Origin: a bacterium
GTDB taxonomy: Bacteria; SM23-31
Reading direction: 5' to 3'
Assembly: GCA_965249485.1 (NCBI GenBank)
Contig: OZ252239.1
Location: forward strand, 192,001 to 256,000
DNA length: 64,000 nt
The position numbers and the translations under genes were made by a program. The notes beneath the pieces are model-generated. The model was not told where the DNA came from, made no database searches, and saw nothing but the letters and a program-made list of their open reading frames with translations. This document shows positions 29,995 through 40,882 of this stretch, one piece after another; within the stretch, counting starts at the first letter, position 1; the number at the start of each line of letters is the position of its first letter.

Positions 29995-32358
29995 TTATTT
30001 AATTTTAGCAATCGTTACCCCGGTATCACCTTCACCCCATTCACCAAGCCTGTATTCAATAATTCTTGTATCGTGTTTCAGAAATTCTGTAACCCGTTCT
30101 CGTAAACGCCCGGTGCCTTTACCGTGAATTATTCTGACTGTTGTATGACCTGACGTTGCCGCATCCGACAGATACATATCGACCGTTGCAATCGCTTCTT
30201 CTGATTCCAGACCACGCAGATCGATCTCAGATTTCACAGAAATGAGGGGCACGGAATCGGTGACTTTCCGTTTCGATTTCGAAGAAGCAGGCACTAATTG
30301 TTCCTTGTTCACTTCCATTTTTACCGAATTGATCTGAACAGTCGCTGTCTTTTTCTTTAAATTTTCGGCAATAATGACGCCCACCTGGTCATGTCCGGCA
30401 AGCTTGACTGTTGAGCCAATTTCGAGAATCAGAGGCTGACTTGTTGTATCCGTTGGTTTTTGACCGAGACTCTTTATCCGCTTTGCAATTTTCTCTTTCT
30501 CTTCCCGGATCTCACGCTTTACGATTGCGATCGAATCTGCCGATGCCTCATCTTCTTTGAGTTTTCTGACAAGATTTTCAAAACGGCGGTTAAAAGCGTC
30601 CATCTGCTCTTCAGACTCCCGGAGTGCTTCATCAAGAGAATTCCGGTGCTTTTTATCGAACTGTTTCAACTTTCCGGAGTATTCTTCAATCAGAGCATCA
30701 AGTTTCTCCTGCCGGCCTTCCACCTCACTATTCTTTTTTTTGTAATCAGCAATACTCTCTTCCAGTTCCTGGATAAAATCTTCGACACGTACCTGTTTGT
30801 CACCAAGCCGTCTCTCTGTTTCCTCGATGATCGATTCGGGCAGTCCTATCCGTTTTGCAAGTTCGAGAGCATAGCTCGATCCGGGAATACCAACGGTCAA
30901 CTCAAATGTCGGCTGCAGTGATTTCTTATCAAAAGATAGGGAGGCATTTTCGACACCATCTGTCTCCCGTGCAAACTGTTTTAAACCACCGTGATGCGTC
31001 GTCGCAATAGCAAGTGCTCCTGCTTTGGTTATGTGATTTAGAAGTGCCATAGCGAGATGCACACCTTCTTGCGGATCAGTTCCGGCACCAATTTCGTCGA
31101 GCAGAATCAGGTCGTTTTCCGACAGCGTTTCAAAAATCGAGCGCAGGTGAATGAGCCGTGCTGAAAAGGTACTGAGATTTTCATCGATAGACTGCTGATC
31201 CCCAATATCTGCAACTACACGTTTAAAGACCGGAAAGCAGGAGTCGGGTGATGCCGGGACCGGAAGACCGATCTGGACCATAAGGCTGAGCAGACCGACC
31301 GTTTTCAGAGTAACCGTTTTACCTCCTGCATTCGGCCCGGAAACAATAAGTGTATTAAACGTTTCTCCTAATGAGACATTCAGCGGAATTACTTTTTCCG
31401 ACGATTCTGATTGGAGCGCTAAAACCGGATGACGAGCATTGCGGAGGACTAGTCTTTTACCAGATGAAACTGCCGGAGCAGACGCACCGAGTCTCTTCGA
31501 CAGCATGCCGCATGCATAATGCGTGTCGAGCCTGGTTAAAATCTCCTGATTGTGAGAGATGTCCGCTACCGCGGGACGCAGGAGATCGGAACATTTCTGT
31601 AATATTTTCCGTATTTCCTCCTCTTCCCGCGCGATATACCGGCTGATTTCGTTGTTCCGCTCAACAATATCTTTAGGTTCGATAAACACTGTTGCCCCTG
31701 TTGAGGAAACATCGTGCGTGATCCCATCGATCTGCCGCTGGTGCGAATCTTTTACCGGCAGGACATACCGTCCATTCCTGACCGTGTAATGTGCTTCCTG
31801 GAGCAGACCACTTCCGAAAGACTGCTTCACAATCGCTTCAACCCGCTTCTTCAGGGCATTTTTGAGACGTCTGATTGCACTTCTAATCTTTTTTAGCTCT
31901 GGAGATGCGGAATCGAGAATTTCACCATTCTCATCAATACAGGAACGAATTTCTTTGATGATATTTTGGTGTACATTTACCTGATTGATGAGTTTGCAAA
32001 GTTCGGGGAAAGTTTCTGAACGACCTTTAAAAGCTTTTGCTACGCGTTGTGCAATTTCTAAACTGCCGGTAATACGGTTTATTCCGTCAATCAGTAAAAA
32101 TGATCCTTCAACTGATAGTGATTTCAGGTCATTTGAGCAGTCCGCCAGACCGGAAAGCGGAAACCGAACTCCTGTCTCTATTGCATCTCTGCATTCCGAA
32201 TTTATACAAAGCAGATATTCAATATGCTGTATATCTTCCTGAGGTTTGAGCTGTTGAATCGCCTGCTCTCCAAGATCGGAAAACGTATAATGCCCGAGAG
32301 CAGAGACAATTTTATCCCATTCCAGTTCAGCATATGAGCATTGGTTATTGTGAAGCAT
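29995..32358 (-). CDS. mutS2: Endonuclease MutS2
   Basis: GPNAGGKT Walker A, LSTFS, LLDEIGAGTDP, C-terminal Smr domain (IDLRG, IIHGKGTG). Confidence 0.95.
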   Translation of the reverse strand: MLHNNQCSYAELEWDKIVSALGHYTFSDLGEQAIQQLKPQEDIQHIEYLLCINSECRDAIETGVRFPLSGLADCSNDLKSLSVEGSFLLIDGINRITGSLEIAQRVAKAFKGRSETFPELCKLINQVNVHQNIIKEIRSCIDENGEILDSASPELKKIRSAIRRLKNALKKRVEAIVKQSFGSGLLQEAHYTVRNGRYVLPVKDSHQRQIDGITHDVSSTGATVFIEPKDIVERNNEISRYIAREEEEIRKILQKCSDLLRPAVADISHNQEILTRLDTHYACGMLSKRLGASAPAVSSGKRLVLRNARHPVLALQSESSEKVIPLNVSLGETFNTLIVSGPNAGGKTVTLKTVGLLSLMVQIGLPVPASPDSCFPVFKRVVADIGDQQSIDENLSTFSARLIHLRSIFETLSENDLILLDEIGAGTDPQEGVHLAMALLNHITKAGALAIATTHHGGLKQFARETDGVENASLSFDKKSLQPTFELTVGIPGSSYALELAKRIGLPESIIEETERRLGDKQVRVEDFIQELEESIADYKKKNSEVEGRQEKLDALIEEYSGKLKQFDKKHRNSLDEALRESEEQMDAFNRRFENLVRKLKEDEASADSIAIVKREIREEKEKIAKRIKSLGQKPTDTTSQPLILEIGSTVKLAGHDQVGVIIAENLKKKTATVQINSVKMEVNKEQLVPASSKSKRKVTDSVPLISVKSEIDLRGLESEEAIATVDMYLSDAATSGHTTVRIIHGKGTGRLRERVTEFLKHDTRIIEYRLGEWGEGDTGVTIAKIK

Positions 32359-32392
32359 TGTGAGTACCCGGAAGTAATAAACGTGATGGTAA

Positions 32393-33076
32393 TTAGAGGG
32401 GATGAGAAACGTGATACAAAATTTCAGGCACACATTTGTTTGTGTTGTCAATATTTAGTTTGCCGGTGTCATTAAAAGCAAACAGGGTACTTGCACAATT
32501 ATGTAGTATGCCCCGTTCAGTATGTGATATATTGACCGTATCCAGTATATCGCCGTTGATAATATCTTCCACTATTTCCTGAAATGATTTCGCAGATGGT
32601 TTCAAAATGACGATATTATCATATATTGCAGGAAAGAAATTAAGTGCGTAGGGATAGAGGAGCGCGTTCTCTCTTTCGGGAAGCAGCCTGTCAGAAAACG
32701 GAATAAATGTCAACACGTTAAGGAGTCCACTGATAATAAGCCCCCCGATACAAAAACCGAATACCCCGCCTCCGATCCGGTCGATCCAGCGTGTTGATGT
32801 AATCGTGAACAATTTCAGGATAACATTTGTGATCCCTCTGCATACGAGAAGGACAAAAAAGAATATGAGAATGAAATTGACGATATAACCAAACCCTTTC
32901 GGCATACCGGTCAGGTCTTGTAATATCCCGGAAAACAGGCTCATTAAGCCGGTAGCAGTTATGAGTGCCAGAATAAATCCTGCAATCCCCATAAACATTG
33001 TGACGATGCCTTTTCTGACACCGAGAACGACAAAATAGACTACAACCACGGCTATAATAATATCTAAGTAGTTCAT
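32393..33076 (-). CDS. cvpA: CvpA (colicin V production) family membrane protein
   Basis: MNYLDIII...G.RKG start, IDRIGGGVFG motif; position upstream of mutS2. Confidence 0.85.
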   Translation of the reverse strand: MNYLDIIIAVVVVYFVVLGVRKGIVTMFMGIAGFILALITATGLMSLFSGILQDLTGMPKGFGYIVNFILIFFFVLLVCRGITNVILKLFTITSTRWIDRIGGGVFGFCIGGLIISGLLNVLTFIPFSDRLLPERENALLYPYALNFFPAIYDNIVILKPSAKSFQEIVEDIINGDILDTVNISHTERGILHNCASTLFAFNDTGKLNIDNTNKCVPEILYHVSHPL

Positions 33077-33155
33077 AAATTATTTTGTAAACAAAAAATC
33101 GCGCAAATGTATAATACATCTAACGCGATTCGATAGTAAAAATCATTTTATTTTA

Positions 33156-33356
33156 TTAGGCATCGAAAGATTCTAATTGAATTTTCCTCATTTTCCTCTT
33201 CGCTGCATTCATTTTCCGTTTCCGTTTTTCGCTTGGCTTTTCAAAATGCTGATGTTTTCGTATTTCTGACATCAGTCCGGACTTTTCACACGACTTCACA
33301 AACCGTCTGTACGCACGTTCAAAAGATTCTCCGTCCCGAACTTTAACTGAAGGCAT
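33156..33356 (-). CDS. rpsU: 30S ribosomal protein S21
   Basis: VKVRDGESFERAYRRF...FEKPSEKRKRK. Confidence 0.97.
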   Translation of the reverse strand: MPSVKVRDGESFERAYRRFVKSCEKSGLMSEIRKHQHFEKPSEKRKRKMNAAKRKMRKIQLESFDA

Positions 33357-33636
33357 AAAGTAAACACTCTCCTTTCATAAGTTATGAATAAAACAGTCGA
33401 ACAATATAATAAATTAATTGTCTTATAGCAAGATATTTTGCCGTTCCGTTTTGTTTCGCGACAGTTCTTCAAGACTATTATTCGGCATGTTCAGAGGAAT
33501 TGTACAGATACTCTGACGTGCAGGAATAATAAAAATATTTCTTGATAATAACAGTGCTATCACCTACACTGAAAATGACGTTTCCTCATTTACTGATTAT
33601 ATTATTCACCGTACCATTTAGTTCATTGGAGATAGT

Positions 33637-34249
33637 GTGGATAGTCATATTATCCTCAAAAACCTGTTTATCGTCATCACATCCCTTGCCTTTTTCATGG
33701 GTGCTTTTTTCCGCAAAAGAGCTGACCGGAAAGGCGGTATAATTCAGACTGGCAGTCAGGGCTCCGGTTTATTCACGGTCATACGGATTTTCAGTTTTCT
33801 CTTTTTTCTCAGTGCGTTTCTGATTTATATTGTGCATGAACAATGGATTTCATTTGCGGCATTCCACGTTCCGGACACGTTCCGTATTGCGAGCGCTTTA
33901 GTTGCGGGATTTGTTTGTATTCCTTTTTTGTTCTGGACATTTTTCTCTCTCGGTACCAATATCACCGGAACACCGTTCACACGGGATGGCCATAACCTGA
34001 TAACAACCGGACCCTACAACTTAGTCCGGCATCCGCTGTACGCTATCGGTTTCGTCTGGATCCCTACCCTCATTATCTTTGCCGAAAACTGGCTCATGTT
34101 TATCCCGTTTATTGCCGTCTATCCGTTTATCATAAACCGTATTAAAATTGAAGAGCAGAACCTGATTGAATCATTCGGTGATGCTTATTTACGCTATATG
34201 AAAACGACCGGAAAATTGTTTCCCCGGTTGTTTTCATCCAAAAAAGTAA
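33637..34249 (+). CDS. Isoprenylcysteine carboxyl methyltransferase family membrane protein
   Basis: HNLITTGPY..VRHPLY and EEQNL...FGDAY..Y motifs; the ORF reads to 34560, but one A fewer in the A6 run at 34240 gives a stop at 34249 and removes the overlap with the next gene. Confidence 0.75.
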
Positions 34250-34263
34250 GATGCTTACCCCCC

Positions 34264-35907
34264 TCAGCGCCTTCTCGGCTGAGGATAATACTCTCCCCGC
34301 AAAGTGACGTTAGGATCGGCATCGAGCTTCAGCATTTCCTCTTTATTTGCTACATTATACGCAACTCCGTAACCAAACTGTGCTACTCGTGCCAGTTTTT
34401 CATAATCAATTTTATCGTAGGTATCGGACGGCTGGTGATAGTCCTCGTGAACATCCGTGAAGAAAAACGTACTGGGAATCCCATATTGCGCGTACATATA
34501 ATGATCGCTTCTGAAGTAGAATTGATTCGGATCGTCCGGTGCGTCGTACGTATAATCTAAATTCATACCAATGTATGATTTATTTACATTTTGAACTATC
34601 GAATTGAGTTCTGTGCTGATCCTACCCGCTCCAATGATAAAAACCTGTTCAGGATCATTTCTGCCAACCATATCGATATTGACATGCGCACTCACTTTTT
34701 CCAGCGGTATCGGTGGATTGGCAGTAAAATACCGTGACCCCTGCAATCCCTTTTCTTCTCCTGTATGCCACACAAAAATTACCGATCGACGCGGGGGATT
34801 GAGTGCCATGGCCTGTGCTATTTCGAGGAGTGCAACTGTCCCCGATCCATCGTCATCCGCCCCGTTCCATATTTGCCCCTGCCGTGTTCCCACATGGTCG
34901 TAATGTGCTCCAAGCAAAACATATTCATCTTTGAGAGCAGGATCGCTCCCTTCGACTACGGCAGCAACATTCTGTGTGTTTCCCTGACGGATTATCGGTA
35001 CAAATGAAATCGTTAGTGATTTGTCAGGAATCTCATTTGTCTGCACCTGTTCTCCCCGTTCAATTTGCGTAAAAAGTTCTTTAAGTTCTCTCTCCGTTAC
35101 ACCGAGAATTGCTGAGGCAGTCTCATGGCGGAGTTCTCCGGTAAAGTAGGGTGATTCCATCGGTCCGGGCTCTGTGGTGCTGCCACTGGAATCCGAATCG
35201 GTATCAGCTTCGCTGGATTCACGCTCAGGAAAGATACCGCGCTCAACATTATCAAATGTATACCCTTTCAATTCCATGTCGCGTTCTCGGGTTTCATTTA
35301 TGACGGTTAAAACACCCGCTGCACCTCTTTGACGTGGAGCAATTGTCCGGCTTCTGATACGCTGCCTATTTTCAGTCGTGTTGAGAACATGGTCTGGCGG
35401 CAGTTCAGCATCGAGCAGAATGACAATTTTTCCCGTCAGGTCAATCGTACCGTAATCGTCCCATTCATTTTCCGGATCGGATATTCCATAACCTAGAAAT
35501 ACTACATTCCCCGTATATGAACCTTCATCTGATCGCCTTCCGATTCCGAACATTTCAGGGAAACTAAATACCCGGTCGCTCCCATCACTGCTCAGTGATA
35601 CGTGTGTTCTCTTTTCATCATATGACACAATTGGGATATCGATCAATTGAAAATATGATCCGTTTGGCATGAGTGGTTTCAAGCCGAAACTTGCTGCACG
35701 TGTCGCAAGATATCGAGCTGCAATCTTGAGCTCCGGAGAAGGTGCATTCCTCCCTTTGAGCTCGTCTGATGCAATGAATGACAAATGTGTTTTCAATTCG
35801 TGTGCCGTGATCGATTCCGCGGCGTCAGTCTGTGAATAGACTGGACAGATTGAGCCGATAAGAATAACTACTGCTGAAATTGTTGATAACCAAGTCCGTA
35901 GTACCAT
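34264..35907 (-). CDS. Secreted M28 aminopeptidase with PA domain (canonical active site)
   Basis: GAHYDH, GADDDGSG, GEEKG, NIDM, RSDH and DYHQPSD motifs. Confidence 0.9.
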   Translation of the reverse strand: MVLRTWLSTISAVVILIGSICPVYSQTDAAESITAHELKTHLSFIASDELKGRNAPSPELKIAARYLATRAASFGLKPLMPNGSYFQLIDIPIVSYDEKRTHVSLSSDGSDRVFSFPEMFGIGRRSDEGSYTGNVVFLGYGISDPENEWDDYGTIDLTGKIVILLDAELPPDHVLNTTENRQRIRSRTIAPRQRGAAGVLTVINETRERDMELKGYTFDNVERGIFPERESSEADTDSDSSGSTTEPGPMESPYFTGELRHETASAILGVTERELKELFTQIERGEQVQTNEIPDKSLTISFVPIIRQGNTQNVAAVVEGSDPALKDEYVLLGAHYDHVGTRQGQIWNGADDDGSGTVALLEIAQAMALNPPRRSVIFVWHTGEEKGLQGSRYFTANPPIPLEKVSAHVNIDMVGRNDPEQVFIIGAGRISTELNSIVQNVNKSYIGMNLDYTYDAPDDPNQFYFRSDHYMYAQYGIPSTFFFTDVHEDYHQPSDTYDKIDYEKLARVAQFGYGVAYNVANKEEMLKLDADPNVTLRGEYYPQPRRR

Positions 35908-36029
35908 GATGAATCCTTCCAATCAATAAACTGGTGGAACAAGCACTATGTAAAAGCTCAACACAGTGACAACACATGATGATTGCAATTTCTGTGGAGA
36001 TAAATTTTAAGACGGGAGAAAGGGGAACG

Positions 36030-37862
36030 TTACTCCACGGTCACACTTTTGGCTAGATTTCGCGGCTGATCAACATTGCATCCTCTCTGAACAGCAATAT
36101 AATACGCAAGCAATTGTAACGGGACAACCGCAAGGATAGGTGTCAGATAATTCAGTGTTTCAGGGATTAAGATTGCGTGATCGACTTTATCCGCGAGATC
36201 GGTATCCCCTTTAGTACCGATTCCAATAACAATTCCTTTTCTCGCTTTGACTTCTTCAATGTTGCTTAAAATCTTAAAGTAGGTCGGATCGTCTTTCAAT
36301 GCTATAAAGACAACGGGCATCGACTCATCAATGAGCGCAATCGGTCCGTGTTTCATTTCCGCAGCAGGATACCCTTCCGCATGTATGTAGGATATCTCTT
36401 TCAGTTTCAAAGCACCTTCGAGTGCTATCGGGAAATTGTACCCCCGTCCAAGATAGAGAAAATTGTGAATATGGGCAAATTCTTTTGCTAAGTGCTCAAG
36501 AGACCGGCTGTCGTCGAGGATTTGTTGCAATTTTCCGGGCAGTTCAAGAAGTCCGGCAAAAATTTTTTTCCGCTCCGCTTCCTGCATACCACGGAGGCTT
36601 CCGAGATAGACAGCCAGCAGAGTCAGGACGGCAACCTGCGACGTAAACGCTTTTGTGGAAGCAACGCCAATTTCGGGTCCGGCATGAATAAAAATTCCGG
36701 CATCAGTTTCACGGGCTATCGTACTGCCGACAGCGTTACAGATTCCGAGAATGAGTGGATCCCTTTTTCTGGCTTCCCGGACTGCCGCCTGTGTATCGGC
36801 TGTTTCTCCCGATTGGCTGATAGCGATGACAATATCGTCTTTATCAAGTACTGGCTGTCGGTACCGGAATTCCGATGCATATTCAACTTCAACAGGGATT
36901 CTGGCAAACTCCTCGATCAGATACTCTCCCACAAGCGCGGCATGCCATGAAGTTCCACATCCGGTTATAACCACACGCCGGGCATTTTTAAGCCGATCCT
37001 CCACATCATCGAGTCCGCCGAATTTGACCGAACCACTCTCGAGCAAAACTCTTCCCCGCAGTGCGTCGCTGATTGTATCGGGCTGCTCGTGAATTTCTTT
37101 AAGCATGTAATGGGGATACCCGCCCTTTTCCACATTATTCAGATCGAATAAAACTGTTTCATGCTCTCTGATAATAACAGAGTTCTCCAGAGATTTGATT
37201 TCAACATCATCTGTCGTTACCAGTGCAATATCTCCATCCTGAAGCGGCAAAATATTTTTTGTATATTTCAGAAACGCCGCAACATCGGAAGCAACAAAAT
37301 TTTCATTTTTTCCGAGTCCGACAATCATAGGACTACCGTTCCGGGCTGCTATGAGAGTATTGGGATGGTCCTGTGATAACACTACCAATCCATAAGCACC
37401 CCACATATCCCACAGTGTCAGACGGACAGCTTCAAATAGATCTCCATCATAGTATGATTCAATCAGGTGGACAATGACCTCGGAGTCTGTCTCCGATTCA
37501 AAGGTGTGACCCTGCTCAATGAGCCTTTTTTTTAACGAGGAAAAATTTTCAATAATACCATTGTGTGCAACAGCAAACCGGGCTTCACATCCGGCGAAAG
37601 GGTGCGCATTCACCTCTGATGGTTCTCCATGTGTGGCCCACCTGGTATGGCCGATGCCAACACCATTGAACTCATCGGGAGGGATAGGAAATTTTTTAAA
37701 TTCGGAAATCTTTCCCGGTCTCTTATGGACAAAGAGATTTTTTGTACGGTCTAAGAGTGCTATGCCTACAGAATCGTATCCTCGATATTCCATCCGTTTG
37801 AGACCCTGGAGAATCACACTCGAAGCTTTCTTAGAGCCTATGTAACCTATTATTCCACACAT
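36030..37862 (-). CDS. glmS: Glutamine--fructose-6-phosphate aminotransferase
   Basis: MCGI start, GHTRWATHG, SQSGETAD, PRNLAKSVTVE. Confidence 0.98.
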   Translation of the reverse strand: MCGIIGYIGSKKASSVILQGLKRMEYRGYDSVGIALLDRTKNLFVHKRPGKISEFKKFPIPPDEFNGVGIGHTRWATHGEPSEVNAHPFAGCEARFAVAHNGIIENFSSLKKRLIEQGHTFESETDSEVIVHLIESYYDGDLFEAVRLTLWDMWGAYGLVVLSQDHPNTLIAARNGSPMIVGLGKNENFVASDVAAFLKYTKNILPLQDGDIALVTTDDVEIKSLENSVIIREHETVLFDLNNVEKGGYPHYMLKEIHEQPDTISDALRGRVLLESGSVKFGGLDDVEDRLKNARRVVITGCGTSWHAALVGEYLIEEFARIPVEVEYASEFRYRQPVLDKDDIVIAISQSGETADTQAAVREARKRDPLILGICNAVGSTIARETDAGIFIHAGPEIGVASTKAFTSQVAVLTLLAVYLGSLRGMQEAERKKIFAGLLELPGKLQQILDDSRSLEHLAKEFAHIHNFLYLGRGYNFPIALEGALKLKEISYIHAEGYPAAEMKHGPIALIDESMPVVFIALKDDPTYFKILSNIEEVKARKGIVIGIGTKGDTDLADKVDHAILIPETLNYLTPILAVVPLQLLAYYIAVQRGCNVDQPRNLAKSVTVE

Positions 37863-38092
37863 ATATTAATTCCGTTAGAACCTGCTGGTACGCAGCATTT
37901 TCGAGAGCATTTCACTTAAAAATAAACAGCCAAATATAGCGATATAATCGTTCAAATGCAAACACCATTCAAAGTTGACAAAGCTCTTGCTGACGGCAAT
38001 TCATTTATTGATTTTCATACGGCAAAATGGTATATTTGAATGACTTTTTGAATGTATTGCTGTGCCGTAACGTAAAATATTACATTAATTTT

Positions 38093-38223
38093 GAGATTTC
38101 TCTGCTCCGTCCCAAGTAACACTTTCGGGACTTCAGTCGAAAGGACATTTTGAATTATTAAATTGAATAATTCATTACCGTCATTGCGAGGAATCTCGAA
38201 TCTTCGGGGCGACGTGGCAATCT
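38093..38223. repeat. Two REP-like extragenic palindromic elements
   Basis: GAGATTTCTC...GTCGAAAGGACA (38093-38147) and GTCATTGCGAGG...GACGTGGCAATCT (38180-38223), each with an internal stem. Confidence 0.55.
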
Positions 38224-38305
38224 TTCAATTTTCATTACGTAAACTGTATACACATGGGTAAAACAAAACAAGCTATCCGCTTGGATATATTCGGAGTCAT
38301 ACCCA

Positions 38306-39430
38306 ATGCTTAGAGATGAATATGAACACGGCAGAAATGTCACCCTGATTGGTATCGCTGGAAATATATTCGTCACTGTTGTTGAGTTTTATCTCGGTAT
38401 AATCGGACGCAGTGCTGCACTTGTTGCAGATGCCCTCCATTCACTTTCAGATGTCGGCGCAACAATCGCCGTTCTCTTCGGTCTAAAATATTCTTCCCTC
38501 CCCGAGGACAAAAACCACCCCTATGGTCATGGTAAAATCGAATCGGTCATTGCTCTGTTTCTCGGGATTATTCTCGGTGTGACGGGAATTTATCTCATTT
38601 ATAGTAATATTGACAAGATCTACAACCGCACGTTTCTCATTCCGGAATGGTATACCCTCGGTGCTGCTTTACTCACCATTGTTGTGAAAGAATGGATGTT
38701 TCATTACACCATCAAAGCCGGGAAAAAACTGAACAGCCCTTCAATCAGTGCGAATGCATATCACCACCGGTCCGATGTATTTACGTCGATTGGTGTATTT
38801 TTCGGCATTCTCGGTGCATATCTTGGATTTCCGATTCTCGACCCGGTTGCTGCCCTTATCGTAGCGGTATTTATAATCCGGATGGCATTCACCATCTCAA
38901 AAGACGCTCTCTGGGACCTGACAGATGTGACAATTTCCGACGAGCTTTGTATGGAAATTGAAAAAGTCACAGAAAAATGGAATTCCGAATATCATGTTAT
39001 CGATGTTATCGGCAGACGGATGGGTACCCGCTATCATGTAGATCTTAAAATTAAGATTGAGCCATATATAGCGGCAATTGACGGTGTGGCCGATTTAAGG
39101 GCGCGTGAAAAGCAAATCAAAAAGAAAATCCCTGTAATACAGGGAGTTGACATTAAGGGGATTGTGGATTCGAAGCAGGCAGAAAACAGCGAAAGTATCT
39201 TTAAGGACCATGTCAATACAATTCTCAGTAAATATGAGAGCCACTACCGTGCAATTAAATCGTTAGAATTCCATTTCCTGCCGAACCAGGTCGAAGCCCA
39301 CTTCAATATGATTGTCGATCCTGCTATGTCGGTAGGTGAAGCTCACGACATCACTAACATGATCGAAAAGGACATATTGAGAAAATTCGATCACGCCCAG
39401 GTTATTATTCATGTTGAACCTGATGAGTAA
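38306..39430 (+). CDS. Cation diffusion facilitator (FieF-like) with duplicated C-terminal domain
   Basis: DALHSLSD, HPYGHGKIE, HHRSD; two ZT-dimer-like segments, the second ending VIIHVEP. Confidence 0.85.
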   Translation: MLRDEYEHGRNVTLIGIAGNIFVTVVEFYLGIIGRSAALVADALHSLSDVGATIAVLFGLKYSSLPEDKNHPYGHGKIESVIALFLGIILGVTGIYLIYSNIDKIYNRTFLIPEWYTLGAALLTIVVKEWMFHYTIKAGKKLNSPSISANAYHHRSDVFTSIGVFFGILGAYLGFPILDPVAALIVAVFIIRMAFTISKDALWDLTDVTISDELCMEIEKVTEKWNSEYHVIDVIGRRMGTRYHVDLKIKIEPYIAAIDGVADLRAREKQIKKKIPVIQGVDIKGIVDSKQAENSESIFKDHVNTILSKYESHYRAIKSLEFHFLPNQVEAHFNMIVDPAMSVGEAHDITNMIEKDILRKFDHAQVIIHVEPDE

Positions 39431-39442
39431 GCTTATAAACAC

Positions 39443-40882
39443 TTAGAAAAGACTTACTGAAGCGAGTGCTAAGACGAAGGATGGGTAGAGACCAAGCAGA
39501 AAAATTCCAATTACCGAGATAGTCAATGCCATTGAATCAGATAGCCGGAATCCATAATCAGAAAAATCAGATTCCGGTTCACGCATATACATGACAAGAA
39601 CAATACGCAGATAGTAATAAACACTGACGACCGCATTCAACGCACCCAGGACTGCCAGACCCGTGAGACCGGCATCGACTGCGGCACGGAAGATGTAGAA
39701 CTTTCCGAAAAATCCTGCTGTCGGCGGTATACCTGCCAAAGCAAACATAAATACCGCCATTGCAGCAGCAATCAACGGGCGCTTAAATCCCAGTCCTGAG
39801 AATCCGGAAACGGTATGGATGTGCTTTTCATCCGATTCAAAATAAGAAATAATTCCGAATGCTCCGATATTCATAAATGTATAGGTTGCAAGATAGTAAA
39901 TGACTGCCGATACTGCTTCATCCGTGCCTGCTGCGAATCCGACGAGAATGTACCCTGCATGTGCAATGCTTGAGTAAGCAAGCATCCTTTTAATGTTGTC
40001 TTGTGCAAGCGCAATAATATTACCAATCGTCATTGTCAGGACAGCGAGCACCCAAAACATATCCTGCCAGTTCAGGAAATAGGTTCCCACAGCATAGTAG
40101 AATATTCGGATAAGAACAGCAAATCCCGCCGCTTTGACTCCGGTGGACATAAAGGCTGCAATCGGGGTTGGTGCACCTTCATACACATCGGGTGTCCACA
40201 TATGGAACGGTACCAGAGCAATTTTAAATCCTAATCCAACGATCATAAATGCCGCAGCTACAAATACATAGGTATTCGATTCTCCGATTCCGGCACTGAG
40301 AAACACGAGAATGAGTTCAAGGTTAGTCGACCCGGTCGCACCAAATAGGTATGCCATACCGTATAATAAAAAGCCTGATGCAAATGCGCCGATCAAAAAA
40401 TATTTAAATGCTGCTTCAAGCGAATAGGGATCTGTCCTTCGCGTTCCCGCGAGGATATAGAGGGCAATCGAAAGCGTTTCGACGCCGAGAAAAATCATCA
40501 TGAGATCGCCCGCCGATACCATGACCATCATCCCAAAAGTTGCAAAACAGATAAGTGCGCAGTATTCTCCCATGATTTGCTTGTGTGCTTTGAGAAAATC
40601 GAACGAAAGCATGAGAGCGAGGAATGCACTCAATAACAGAATAAAATTGAAGACCAGTGTGAAATTGTCCAGAATAACTGTACCCCCAAATCCCGTCTCA
40701 TCCATTCCCCAAAGAGTTACCGAGTAAAGAAATGTCAGAGCGATTCCCGCAAGTGTAAATGAGGTTAAGAGCCTGACAGATATTGAAAAAAGTCCTATCA
40801 GGAGAACTGAAAATCCGGTTCCGCCAATAAGCAGCAGGGCGCCAATTGTCGGCCAATTAAATGTTGGAGCTGAAAATTCCAT
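39443..40882 (-). CDS. nuoN: NADH-quinone oxidoreductase subunit N
   Basis: EAAFKYF, FK...VPFHMWTPDVYEGAPTP, KRMLAYSSIAHAGY. Confidence 0.96.
   Translation of the reverse strand: MEFSAPTFNWPTIGALLLIGGTGFSVLLIGLFSISVRLLTSFTLAGIALTFLYSVTLWGMDETGFGGTVILDNFTLVFNFILLLSAFLALMLSFDFLKAHKQIMGEYCALICFATFGMMVMVSAGDLMMIFLGVETLSIALYILAGTRRTDPYSLEAAFKYFLIGAFASGFLLYGMAYLFGATGSTNLELILVFLSAGIGESNTYVFVAAAFMIVGLGFKIALVPFHMWTPDVYEGAPTPIAAFMSTGVKAAGFAVLIRIFYYAVGTYFLNWQDMFWVLAVLTMTIGNIIALAQDNIKRMLAYSSIAHAGYILVGFAAGTDEAVSAVIYYLATYTFMNIGAFGIISYFESDEKHIHTVSGFSGLGFKRPLIAAAMAVFMFALAGIPPTAGFFGKFYIFRAAVDAGLTGLAVLGALNAVVSVYYYLRIVLVMYMREPESDFSDYGFRLSDSMALTISVIGIFLLGLYPSFVLALASVSLF

Noticed and set aside
34250..34560. C-terminal extension of the ICMT-family ORF overlapping the M28 gene
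   Set aside because: Best explained by one extra A in a homopolymer or loss of the stop codon; the extension is antisense to a conserved domain
37863..38090. glmS ribozyme upstream of glmS
   Set aside because: The conserved ribozyme core was not recognisable on the minus strand
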